Shown: positions 54,596 to 63,898, counted from the stretch's first letter. The stretch: DNA of 64,000 bases from Pyrinomonadaceae bacterium (GCA_035694465.1 DASSFI010000080.1:70249-134248); one strand, 5' to 3'. Made by a program: numbers and translations. Notes: a model not told the origin generated them from the letters alone.

Positions 54596-56283
54596 TGCAC
54601 AGCCTCCAGCTTAAGGGGAGAAGAACTCTTAGCCACCGGCTTTTCTATCACGACCTTGTCGCGTGCATTTCGATTTGAAAATGCCATCAGCATCCCCAGC
54701 ATTGCAAAGCTCGTAATCAGACTGAAACCACCATGGCTGACGAAAGGCAAGGTGATTCCCGTCATCGGCAAAGCTCTTAAAATACCGCCAATATTCACTA
54801 AAGCCTGAAAACCAACAAACGCTGTTAGACCTGCTGCGCACAGCTTCGTAAACATATCACGCGCCTCCAGCGAAGTGCGAACTCCAGCGACCACGAAAAT
54901 TATGATCGCCAGGATAATTACAGCACCTCCAGCGAGGCCGGTTTCTTCGGCAATTGCGGCATAAACGTAGTCAGAATCGGCAATCGGAATTACTTCGGGG
55001 AAACCCAGACCGAAACCACGCCCAGTGGTTCGACCTGATGCAATACCCCACTGCGCCTGGGCCGGTTGAAACGCGAGCTTGTCGAACCAGATATCGACGT
55101 TCACCGTCTTCTGCATTGCGGGACTCTGATCGGCAAGCTCCTTCATCTTCGGATCCTTGCTGAGTGATTCGTCATACTCTTTCTTCCACCACGAAACTTC
55201 CGGCGAAGGCGGATCGAAACCGTCGAGCCAAAGGTGGAAACGCTGCTGGATACGAGACGGAAGTGCCGCGCTGATCGGTCTCGCGACGGTCGGCAGGAGT
55301 GGAACCTTTTCCTGAATGTCGCGAGGTAGTGCGCCGACAACGAGGATTCCGATAACAATCACGACAGAACCGACAAATAACAGAAGCTGAGGCCAGCGTC
55401 GCACTGCGACGAGATAAAGCGTCGTGTAAGCACCGCTGAAGATCAGCATCTGCCCGAAATCTTTGAGGGCAAAGAACGGGATGAAAGGCATCACCGCCAT
55501 CACGAGAAGCGGCACGATGTCGCGCGCTCGCGGAATGCCCCAGTACGTTTCAGCGAGATCTTTGTAACGAGCGGTCAGAATACCGGCGAAGCCGACCAGG
55601 AATGGAATCTTCGAGGGCTCCCATGGCGTCATGTTGCCGAGTGCTTTACCGGCGCTCGAGGTGACGACCGCGATCGCGAGCGGTACGAGTGTGAACAGCA
55701 CGATGATGAAACTGTTGCGTTGCAGCCATAACAGAAAACCGTCGCGCACGCAGAACGAATAGGCAATCGCAAATGCGAGGAACGAAAAGACGGGGATCCA
55801 CGTGTAGCTCGAAGTGATTGCGTTCCAAAGCGAGTAATTCGATTCTTTCTTCGGGATCTGGTCGATGGCGATCGGTTGCGCAGGTGTGGGTGGCAATCCC
55901 ATTAGCTGCTTCTTGACCGGATCGTAGTTCTCCATGATGTAACGCGTGCGCAGTGCGTCCATCTTTTCTTCACGCGCCTGTGATTTGTTGCGAGCGTTAT
56001 ATTCCGGATCGCTATAGAGGCGATACTGGATCAACATACCGAACGAGAAGAGCAGGATGGCGGTTGTGTAGAGCACCCAGTTACCGGCGAAGCGTTTACT
56101 ACGCGAGAGCCAAAGAGCGATGAAGATCAGGGGAACGAACATCATCAGGTCGCGGACGGCGCCGATGATCGAAGTCTCATACCCACGCAACAGACCGGCG
56201 CGATGCACGGCAAAGTATCCGGCGATCTCGAGGCCGAGGATCATCAGGATGATCAGTAAATGTGATGACGCGCGATTCTTCAT
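54592..56283 (-). CDS. SEDS-family peptidoglycan polymerase (FtsW/RodA), enlarged (563 aa)
   Basis: 10 or more TM helices and C-terminal LPFVSHGGFSL motif. Its stop overlaps the PP2C start (ATGA). Confidence 0.8.
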   Translation of the reverse strand: MKNRASSHLLIILMILGLEIAGYFAVHRAGLLRGYETSIIGAVRDLMMFVPLIFIALWLSRSKRFAGNWVLYTTAILLFSFGMLIQYRLYSDPEYNARNKSQAREEKMDALRTRYIMENYDPVKKQLMGLPPTPAQPIAIDQIPKKESNYSLWNAITSSYTWIPVFSFLAFAIAYSFCVRDGFLLWLQRNSFIIVLFTLVPLAIAVVTSSAGKALGNMTPWEPSKIPFLVGFAGILTARYKDLAETYWGIPRARDIVPLLVMAVMPFIPFFALKDFGQMLIFSGAYTTLYLVAVRRWPQLLLFVGSVVIVIGILVVGALPRDIQEKVPLLPTVARPISAALPSRIQQRFHLWLDGFDPPSPEVSWWKKEYDESLSKDPKMKELADQSPAMQKTVNVDIWFDKLAFQPAQAQWGIASGRTTGRGFGLGFPEVIPIADSDYVYAAIAEETGLAGGAVIILAIIIFVVAGVRTSLEARDMFTKLCAAGLTAFVGFQALVNIGGILRALPMTGITLPFVSHGGFSLITSFAMLGMLMAFSNRNARDKVVIEKPVAKSSSPLKLEAVQ

Positions 56284-56285
56284 TT

Positions 56286-56304
56286 ATCTGTGTAATCTGT
56301 GGAT
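56286..56304. repeat. Family A single arm filling the PBP-SEDS junction
   Basis: atctgtgtaatctgtggat in a 23-nt gap. The adjacent small hairpin ggatact/agtatcc reaches into the PBP stop. Confidence 0.8.
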
Positions 56305-56306
56305 AC

Positions 56307-58142
56307 TCATTTGAAGTATCCAAGGTCCTTCGCTTTCAACACGAGCGCGGCGGCAATCGGCGCCGCAGATCTTGATCCGTAACCTCCGCCTTCGACAATC
56401 ACCGCCATCGCGAGCTGTGGTTTCTCCAGTGGCGCAATGCAGAGGAACCAGCCGTCAATGCGCGGGTTGTCGTTGTCCATGATTACTTCGTCGTACTCGC
56501 GAATGATGTTGCCTTTATTATCCTTCTCGATCTTGTGTCTCGTCTTTGGCTCGCCAGTTTTTGGATCGTAAACCGGCTGGACTTTTTGCGCCGTTCCAGT
56601 TTTACCACCTGTGTTGATGCCCGCCGCTTTGACCGGTCCAAACACACCACGAGCCGTGCCGCTTGGACCACCCGTAACCAATCCCATGATCGATCGCAGC
56701 CGCGCTGCCGTCTGCGCGGTCATCACCTGATTGAACATCTCAGGCTTCACGTTGTACTCGATTCGCGGCTTCATCAACTTGCCTTCCATATTCCCGATTG
56801 CTGACGCCGCGAGTGCCATCTGTAGCGGTGTCATCTGTCCGGCATAACCCTGACCGTATCCCATCAGCGCCAGATCGTAACGAGTAACTTGCTTGCCGGT
56901 AACGATCGTGGCTTCGCGAGGCGCCAGCGCGCGTTTGACCGCGTCGGTGCTGGCGTCAATGATCTGCGGCAGCTTTCGGCCCCGCAACGCTTCCGATGGA
57001 GTGTCGTAAGCACCGATGCCGAGCAACTGTGCCGCGCGTTTCAATTTTTCCGCGCCAAGCTTTACACCCATTTGCGCGAAGTACTGGTTACACGAAACCT
57101 CATACGCATGATCGATCTTGATGCGCCCGTGAACTTCACCTGCTCCACCATCGTCGTAGATCACGTTCGCACCGGGCGCTGCGTAGTAACCACCACCACT
57201 ACAGGTGAACTCCGTATCCTGTTCACCCGCGAGAAATGCGGCAGTCATTGTCACTGTTTTGAAGGTCGAGCCAGGGATGTAGTAAGCGCCAAGTGCCCGA
57301 CTCACGAGCGGATTGTCACGCTGGTTTGCTTCGAGACGAATCCAGGTTGCTTCGTCGTCAACTTCGGCGAGGCTGTAAGAAGGCTCACTGTAAAGCGCGA
57401 GTATGTCGCCCGTCTGGGGATTCAGAATTACAACTGCGCCGTGTTTTCCTTTCAACTGATCCACCGCAGCTTGTTGCAGCGTGCGATCAATCGTCAGACG
57501 GACGTCCTGATTGCCTCTGAACTCCACCGCTTGACCCTTAACCACCTCGAGCGCTTCCGGTAACGCCCCACTCTGAACTCCAAACAACGCTCGTTCCAGA
57601 CCCGGATCACCACGATCCGATCCGAAGATGTGGGCCATCGCCTTGTCCATCGGATACTCGCGCTGAATGTTGCCACTCGAATCACGTTTGTAGAAAGCAA
57701 GCGGTTGGTCCACACGCCCACTGCGATCAAAGATCCAACCGCGTAGGGTCGATTCTGAAAGACGCCGTCCGCGCAGATCCTTGTAGCTCAACTCCTGAAA
57801 CTTCTCGTTTCGTTCAGCCGCGTAATGCGCCCAGTAAATGTGAAACGAGAACAGTCCGATTGAAAGCAGGACGAACAACCATCGCAACGCTTTCAAGCCG
57901 CGATTCGTAGACGTCGAGCCGAGTCTCTTTCTGACTGCTTTCGGAAGATCTTCGGGAATGGGTGAAACTGTTTGCCGCCGACTCCGAACGAGTCCCAGCA
58001 ACAACAGCAGGATGATGAATCCAAATCCGCCGACGTAGATTAAGGTCAACAGCGCAGGCGTTCTTTCCAGCACGGGTGGGGTAGAAACAGGAGAGGGAGA
58101 GGCGGTTTGAAAGAGAAGTAAAAGTAATATGACCAGGTTCAT
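56307..58142 (-). CDS. Class B penicillin-binding protein (PBP2/FtsI-type transpeptidase)
   Basis: N-terminal TM helix and the active-site triad motifs STFK, SCN and KTGT. Confidence 0.9.
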   Translation of the reverse strand: MNLVILLLLLFQTASPSPVSTPPVLERTPALLTLIYVGGFGFIILLLLLGLVRSRRQTVSPIPEDLPKAVRKRLGSTSTNRGLKALRWLFVLLSIGLFSFHIYWAHYAAERNEKFQELSYKDLRGRRLSESTLRGWIFDRSGRVDQPLAFYKRDSSGNIQREYPMDKAMAHIFGSDRGDPGLERALFGVQSGALPEALEVVKGQAVEFRGNQDVRLTIDRTLQQAAVDQLKGKHGAVVILNPQTGDILALYSEPSYSLAEVDDEATWIRLEANQRDNPLVSRALGAYYIPGSTFKTVTMTAAFLAGEQDTEFTCSGGGYYAAPGANVIYDDGGAGEVHGRIKIDHAYEVSCNQYFAQMGVKLGAEKLKRAAQLLGIGAYDTPSEALRGRKLPQIIDASTDAVKRALAPREATIVTGKQVTRYDLALMGYGQGYAGQMTPLQMALAASAIGNMEGKLMKPRIEYNVKPEMFNQVMTAQTAARLRSIMGLVTGGPSGTARGVFGPVKAAGINTGGKTGTAQKVQPVYDPKTGEPKTRHKIEKDNKGNIIREYDEVIMDNDNPRIDGWFLCIAPLEKPQLAMAVIVEGGGYGSRSAAPIAAALVLKAKDLGYFK

Positions 58143-58151
58143 CCAGTTTCG

Positions 58152-59042
58152 CTACTCACTTTTACGCAATCGTACTTCCACGTCTCCGAATCCGACGACG
58201 TCGCCGTCTTCAATCAGTCGCGACTCACCGTAGGCGATGCGCCGGCCATTGATAAACGTTCCATTTGTTGAACCGGTGTCGGCGACGAGCAGTGTTCCTT
58301 CGGAAGTCATCAAGAGCGCGGCGTGTATTTTTGAAACGCTCGAGTCGTTTACGGTTAGATCGTTATCGGAAGCTCGTCCCACATTCAGCCGCCTGCCGCC
58401 CGGCTTAAAGATCAATGGGACTTCACGAGTTCCGGACGGGGTGGTGGTGCGTGCGATCACCTGAATGTCAGGCATCGTCGGCGCAGCGCCAGGAATCGGC
58501 ACGCCCGTCTTCGCGGCACGCGCCTCTTCGTCCTGCCGTCTCAGGTCTTCTTCGAATTCACCGAAGTTTGGATCAACCGAGATTCCGGTCGTGAAAATGT
58601 CGACTTCAGCTTCGACCTCGACAGGCCCGAGTGTGCGATAGCGATGGTCGTTGATGTGATCGATCGCGGCGGCCAGAACTTCGTTTTTCAGGTCGTTGAG
58701 AATTTCCGGCGGTGCTTCGGAATGAGTGCCCCACTCGACTTTGAGCACGAGATGATGTGGCGCGATTCTGCCTTTTCGACCTTCGTCTCTGACGCGCTCA
58801 TCGATCAGTCTCTTCATTCTTTCGATGAGCTTCGAGGTAGTGAGCCCGCTGCGAGGTTCGACGGTGCGGCCGAGTCTACGGTCTACAACGCTGCCCATGC
58901 CTTCGAGCACGCGCCGCAAAAGGCGTTCGGGCAAAGCTTCCTCGCGCTTCTTTTTTGCGGCTTGCTCTTCCTTGAGCTTGCCTGTCGGGTCGTCAGAGTC
59001 AGTCATGAATAGCCAATACGAGTTTTCTCGCGAGCGGTTCAT
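58152..59042 (-). CDS. FhaA-like protein: DUF3662-type N-terminal domain plus FHA domain
   Basis: C-terminus LNVGRASDNDL...VSKIHAALL...GSTNGTFINGRRI is an FHA pattern. An alternative ATG lies at 59006. Confidence 0.8.
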   Translation of the reverse strand: MNRSRENSYWLFMTDSDDPTGKLKEEQAAKKKREEALPERLLRRVLEGMGSVVDRRLGRTVEPRSGLTTSKLIERMKRLIDERVRDEGRKGRIAPHHLVLKVEWGTHSEAPPEILNDLKNEVLAAAIDHINDHRYRTLGPVEVEAEVDIFTTGISVDPNFGEFEEDLRRQDEEARAAKTGVPIPGAAPTMPDIQVIARTTTPSGTREVPLIFKPGGRRLNVGRASDNDLTVNDSSVSKIHAALLMTSEGTLLVADTGSTNGTFINGRRIAYGESRLIEDGDVVGFGDVEVRLRKSE

Positions 59043-59100
59043 GCTGCCCGCCCAAATCCCACGACTAAGGGGTGGTGTTCGTGCGTATTCTAGCCGAGGT

Positions 59101-59149
59101 ATCCACAGATTACACAGATTTTATTTCTAAATCTGCGGAATCTGTGGAT
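59101..59149. repeat. Family A inverted pair downstream of the 1580-aa gene
   Basis: atccacagattacacagatt ttatttcta aatctgcggaatctgtggat. Confidence 0.85.
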
Positions 59150-59155
59150 AAAGCT

Positions 59156-62100
59156 TTAGAAGGTGAGCTTCAGTGAGAATCTTAGCGTGCGTGGGCCCCC
59201 GAAACTGTAAAACGAAGGAAATCCTCCGCCCGCGAGATTTCGGCCACTCATCGCCGTTGACTGTCCAAACGCCAGGTTCGGAGTAAACGAGTCTCCGGCG
59301 AATGTGTTTCCAATAACCAGATCATTCCCTGACAAGTCCTCAAAATTCGCCCGATTGAAGAGATTGAATGCGTCGGCCTGAAATTGGAGAGCAACAGTTT
59401 CAGAGAGGTTGAACTTCCGCCTCAACGCCAGGTCAACCTGGTAGAACTGAAATCCTCGCAAGGCATTCCGCGCTAAGTTTCCCTGTTGCAGATCCGCCGG
59501 CACAATGAATGCCCCCGGATTCAGTCTTCGACCACCAGCTACTAACGGATCGGAAAAATACGCCGGATTACCCGCGGCAACATCTGGACGCAGCGCCGCA
59601 ACACCGAAGGTTGTCGGAAACAGGTAGACAACGTTCAGCGGTTTTGCTGAGCGCATATTGAAGATTGAATCAAGCGCCAAGTTGCGCGTGAGCTTGTTTC
59701 CGATTCCTTTCCGCAAGGGAGCCGGCAGTTCGTAAGAAATCAATCCGGTAACCTGGTGACGAATATCGAAATCGGATGGACCACGATCAAACGCCGGATC
59801 GCTGCTCGTCATGATCACTCGCCGCGTTGAGTCTTCAGTAACGTTATCAGACGAGCGGGCCAACGTGTAAGAAGCGAGTACGCCGAATCCTTCCCGCATC
59901 GGACGTTCAAACTTAACCTGCAATGCGTTGTAGTCAGACTCGCCACGATTTCTCGTTAACCGGAGAAAGTTGAAGTCAGGATTCTGGTTCAGCAGTGTTT
60001 CGGTGAGTAAGAGCCTTCTTCCGGCCGAGCCTAAATACGTCGCCGAGAGCGACTGGTTTGCTCCCAACCCCTGCTGCAGAGACGCATTCCAGTTGATTAC
60101 GTACGGTCGTTTCAGTTGCGGATCGAACGCTACCAACGGCAAGTCGCCGGGGCTCGCTATTAATGTTGGAAACGGTGAATTGAAGACCGCAGCGCCTGAC
60201 ACGAACGGAATCGAGTTTGCAAAGAGGTCGCCTGAGCGATCCTGTCCGGTGTCGTAAACAAGACCCACACCGCCACGAAAGACGAGTTCTCGATTGGAGC
60301 GGTCCGAAAGCTGATACACAACTCCCAGCCGCGGTGCGAAGTTCAGGAACGTCGTCTTCCAGAGCGAACCTCCCGCACTCGCGAGTTTGAGTGTGGATGG
60401 ATCGTCAACCTGATCCACGGCAAAGGCGTGGCCGGTTGACGGTGGTGGCGCGAGATCCCAACGCACACCGTAAGTGAGCGTCATCCGTTGCGACTGTTTC
60501 CATTCATCCTGAGCGTAGAGTGAAAAACTCTTGAACACAGGATTCTGTCGATCGACGAAGCTGAGTTGATTTACTCGCGTGGCAACTCCCGTGATTGCCT
60601 GGTCCACACCGTTGAATAGCACGTTCTCTTCAGAGGCACGCAAACCGATCACGGGCGAGAGTCTGCGAAAATCACCGCCGAATCTGAATGAATGATTTCC
60701 ATCGACTTTTACCACCGATCCCAACACGTTGAACTGGCGCTGCAGATTTGATTCTTCACCGCCATTCATCCAGGCCGCGTTTCTCGAATTGAGATCGAAG
60801 GCAAACGCAGCAGTAGAGAAGGGGCTCACCGGTACAGATGCACCGCCAAAATTGTCGAAGGCATAAGCACTGGTAACGCGTGCGCGGCTATAGCTCGCAC
60901 GCAGCTCAAAAATCGTTGAGGATGAATAAGTATGAGTGATCGATCCGTTCAGCATTTGCGAACGACTGTGGATGCGATTCGTTGTATTGAGTGAAAAACC
61001 GCTCGGTCCACGTTGCGTAGCATCGGAATCTGCGAAGTTGTAACGCGCATTCAGCGCCGTGCTGCTGTTGAACATGTGGTCAATCTTCAAGCTGCCCACA
61101 TCGTGCCGCGCTGGATTTGCAAAACTCGAAGCAAACTCCGCAAAGCCATCCGGTCTTACGGATCCATTTGGAAACGGAAATGTCTCGAGATATGAGCGCA
61201 GCTCCGCCGGAGACGCCGCGCGCGAACTCAACGAAGGCACGTCAGTCACGCCCACCATCGGTTGACGGAAGCGAAGTCCTTCGTATGACGCAAAGAAGAA
61301 GGTTTTGTCGCGTTTGATTGGGCCACCGAATGTGCCTCCAAAAGAGTTCAATCTCTTCGGTGGTTGTTTCAGACTACGACTATTAGCAAACCAATCATTC
61401 GCATCGAGTGCGTCGTTACCAAAGAAGTGAAACACCGAACCGTGAAATTCGTTGGTCCCGGCACGAGTGACCACTTCAACCTGGGCGCCCGGGCGTCCGT
61501 ACTCGGGTTGTAGTGCAACAGTCTTGATATTGAGCTCCTGAACTGAGTCGTATGAGGCGAGAGAGTTTGCTCCACCACTCGCCGTGAGTGCCGGCACATT
61601 ACCTGCTGCCGAAGCTCCCGGAGATTCACCACCGGCGGCGATGCCAAAGTTTGCATTCACTCCGTCGACCGTTAATCCGTTCATCGTCGATCGTTGGCCA
61701 TTGACGGAGTAAGTAGCTTGGTATCGTTCGACTCCCGAATTGGGATTCACAGGACTCACGCCGGGCGACAAGATGACGAGAGGGAGGAAGCTTCTTCCCT
61801 GAAGGGGAAGATCTATGATCTGATTGACTCTGACTGTCGTGCCAAGCGCCGTGCCGGTCCCCTCCACCAGGTAGCCGCCGGCAGCTGTAACTTGCACAAG
61901 CTCTTGAATACCCGGAGCCACCGTTCCCGGCAGCGCTTCGACTGGAACCTCGACTTTCTTCGGTGCTTCGGTGCCGGTAAACGCCACTTCATCGATCGCG
62001 ACAAACGAGGTGTACTGAGTCATCAACTTAAAGTTCAAACCAACTTCGGCAATCTCTTCCTGCTTCTGCCTCGTCACCACCTGGTCCTCGACACTTGCGA

Positions 62101-63898
62101 GTTCTTCTTCCATAAGATCGTCAATGCGCCGGCGACCCCAGAGTGTGGCCAGCACGTCGTGATCGGATTGCGAATCGGGAAACTCGACCGGAATGTCGCG
62201 CACAAAATCCTGTCCGGCATATTTTCCTTTCAAGCGCAGCGTTCCTTTTGCACCATTGGAGTAACGACCGGAGAAAATCACCGGCTTGACTCCGAAGAGA
62301 TCGGGAACGCGTTTCGGATAAACGTCGCTGACCGGCAAGTCCGTCCAATCGATCGAGATGTCGGTCAAGAGCGGGTTGCGAATTCGTTCGTTGAATAGTT
62401 GGGCCACTTTCGAGGTGTCGCCTGCGCCTGTGATGTAGTCGACCTCACCGCGGCCGTATTCGGCCATCTTGTCTAACAGGTAGCGATTCGGCGCCGGACT
62501 GAAACCCATCGCGAACACGCGCGCATTTTTATGCTTCTGCACTTCGCTGAGGATCTCCATGTCGTTGCCGACCTGGCCGTCCGTCAAAAAGCAAACGATG
62601 CGCACGTGGTCTTGAGAGTCTGATGGTTCCAAAGCCGCCTTGATGGCGGTCATCATTTCGGTGCCGCCAGAACTTTCGTGATCTTTAAGAAAATCTTTGG
62701 CCTTGCGCAGATTGTCACGGGTGGCGAGCACCGGTTCCGGAAACAAAATCTGCGTTTCACCCGCAAACGTGATCAGATTGAATGTGTCGTGCGGGTAAAG
62801 ATTTTTGAGAGCCAGATTCACAGTCTCTCTGGCCTTCTCGAACGGAAAACCATCCATCGAGCCCGAGGTATCGAGTACAAAGACGAGTTCTTTCGGCATG
62901 ACATCTTCAGCGGTAACGCGCTGGGGTGGCTGTAGGATGAGAGTGAAGAAGCCACCCCTTTCGGAGCGATGGGTAAGGACGGCATCGTTGATAGTGTCAC
63001 CGGCTACACGATAAGTGAGGACAAAATCTTTGTTTGGAATGGTGTTGTGGTCTTTCAAACGCACCACCGCACGTTTCTCGTTGACTTGCTGAACGTCGGT
63101 TTCGTGAGTTGTCGAGTTGAGCCCAACGAGCGGCACACCTGCATCCAAATCGATTTCGAGCGAGATATCGTGACCGGCACGCACTCCTTCGGTCGCGCTG
63201 GGAGGAGAAGTTCGTGAGGCGTCATTTTCCTGATTCGAGGGGCTGGCTGGTTCCGGTTGTTCTTCGGCGACCGGCATATATCGTGGTCCAACAACCATCG
63301 GAAACACCCACTCGTAAGAACCGTTTTCGTATTTCAGAGTTTCGACATAACTAATCACAATGCGAATGCTTTGACCCGGCATGATGTTGGCGACCTGTTG
63401 GGTAAAAATATTCGGTCGTTCCTGGTCCAACAGGCTCGCAACTCTGCCGATTTGTTTAGCGGCGGCGTAGGCGGCTTTCGCCTCTTCACGGCGCATTATC
63501 TTTCCTTTAATAACGCGCTCTCCAATCAACATCGTCAGATCGTCGACCGCGGCAGCCTGTGGCAGCGGAAATGTGTAGACGGCCTCGATCTTTTCCTGGG
63601 AGTTGTTCTCAAAATCCTGGGTGACAGTTACGCGTGACAGAAACCCGCTGACCTGCGCTTTTACGGAAGTGTGTTTTAGCGGGCACTCACTAACTGGCTT
63701 TCCATCCTGACCAAGAATTTGCAGCGCGCCCGGCGACTGCTGCTGCGCCTGCGCTTGCGACTTCTCGTTGGCGGCAGACACTCGCTCGTCGTGCGCAAGG
63801 TTGGAAAGCATTAAGACGACCGTTAGGGAGATCGCAGTGAGTCCAATCCATTTCAGAATTGATCTGCTACGCATAGTCTTGTCCTTATCTGCGGACAC
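59156..63898 (-). CDS. 1580-aa fusion: signal peptide, VIT domain, vWA domain, then TonB-dependent-receptor-like plug and beta-barrel
   Basis: aa ~60-200 are VIT-like (VKAQVSGFLSRVTVTQDF...YTFPLP). aa ~335-510 are vWA with MIDAS DTSGSMDG. From aa ~665 come the Oar-type motifs SVNGQR, DGVNAN and PEYGRPGAQVEVVTRAGTNEFHGS. The protein ends ...LRFSLKLTF, a C-terminal Phe as in outer-membrane barrels. Confidence 0.8.
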   Translation of the reverse strand: MSADKDKTMRSRSILKWIGLTAISLTVVLMLSNLAHDERVSAANEKSQAQAQQQSPGALQILGQDGKPVSECPLKHTSVKAQVSGFLSRVTVTQDFENNSQEKIEAVYTFPLPQAAAVDDLTMLIGERVIKGKIMRREEAKAAYAAAKQIGRVASLLDQERPNIFTQQVANIMPGQSIRIVISYVETLKYENGSYEWVFPMVVGPRYMPVAEEQPEPASPSNQENDASRTSPPSATEGVRAGHDISLEIDLDAGVPLVGLNSTTHETDVQQVNEKRAVVRLKDHNTIPNKDFVLTYRVAGDTINDAVLTHRSERGGFFTLILQPPQRVTAEDVMPKELVFVLDTSGSMDGFPFEKARETVNLALKNLYPHDTFNLITFAGETQILFPEPVLATRDNLRKAKDFLKDHESSGGTEMMTAIKAALEPSDSQDHVRIVCFLTDGQVGNDMEILSEVQKHKNARVFAMGFSPAPNRYLLDKMAEYGRGEVDYITGAGDTSKVAQLFNERIRNPLLTDISIDWTDLPVSDVYPKRVPDLFGVKPVIFSGRYSNGAKGTLRLKGKYAGQDFVRDIPVEFPDSQSDHDVLATLWGRRRIDDLMEEELASVEDQVVTRQKQEEIAEVGLNFKLMTQYTSFVAIDEVAFTGTEAPKKVEVPVEALPGTVAPGIQELVQVTAAGGYLVEGTGTALGTTVRVNQIIDLPLQGRSFLPLVILSPGVSPVNPNSGVERYQATYSVNGQRSTMNGLTVDGVNANFGIAAGGESPGASAAGNVPALTASGGANSLASYDSVQELNIKTVALQPEYGRPGAQVEVVTRAGTNEFHGSVFHFFGNDALDANDWFANSRSLKQPPKRLNSFGGTFGGPIKRDKTFFFASYEGLRFRQPMVGVTDVPSLSSRAASPAELRSYLETFPFPNGSVRPDGFAEFASSFANPARHDVGSLKIDHMFNSSTALNARYNFADSDATQRGPSGFSLNTTNRIHSRSQMLNGSITHTYSSSTIFELRASYSRARVTSAYAFDNFGGASVPVSPFSTAAFAFDLNSRNAAWMNGGEESNLQRQFNVLGSVVKVDGNHSFRFGGDFRRLSPVIGLRASEENVLFNGVDQAITGVATRVNQLSFVDRQNPVFKSFSLYAQDEWKQSQRMTLTYGVRWDLAPPPSTGHAFAVDQVDDPSTLKLASAGGSLWKTTFLNFAPRLGVVYQLSDRSNRELVFRGGVGLVYDTGQDRSGDLFANSIPFVSGAAVFNSPFPTLIASPGDLPLVAFDPQLKRPYVINWNASLQQGLGANQSLSATYLGSAGRRLLLTETLLNQNPDFNFLRLTRNRGESDYNALQVKFERPMREGFGVLASYTLARSSDNVTEDSTRRVIMTSSDPAFDRGPSDFDIRHQVTGLISYELPAPLRKGIGNKLTRNLALDSIFNMRSAKPLNVVYLFPTTFGVAALRPDVAAGNPAYFSDPLVAGGRRLNPGAFIVPADLQQGNLARNALRGFQFYQVDLALRRKFNLSETVALQFQADAFNLFNRANFEDLSGNDLVIGNTFAGDSFTPNLAFGQSTAMSGRNLAGGGFPSFYSFGGPRTLRFSLKLTF

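Noticed and set aside
869-59149. Possibility that the short repeats are CRISPR arrays
   Set aside because: Units are 7-10 nt, there are no regularly sized unique spacers, the copies are dispersed singly or as hairpins, and no cas genes are present.
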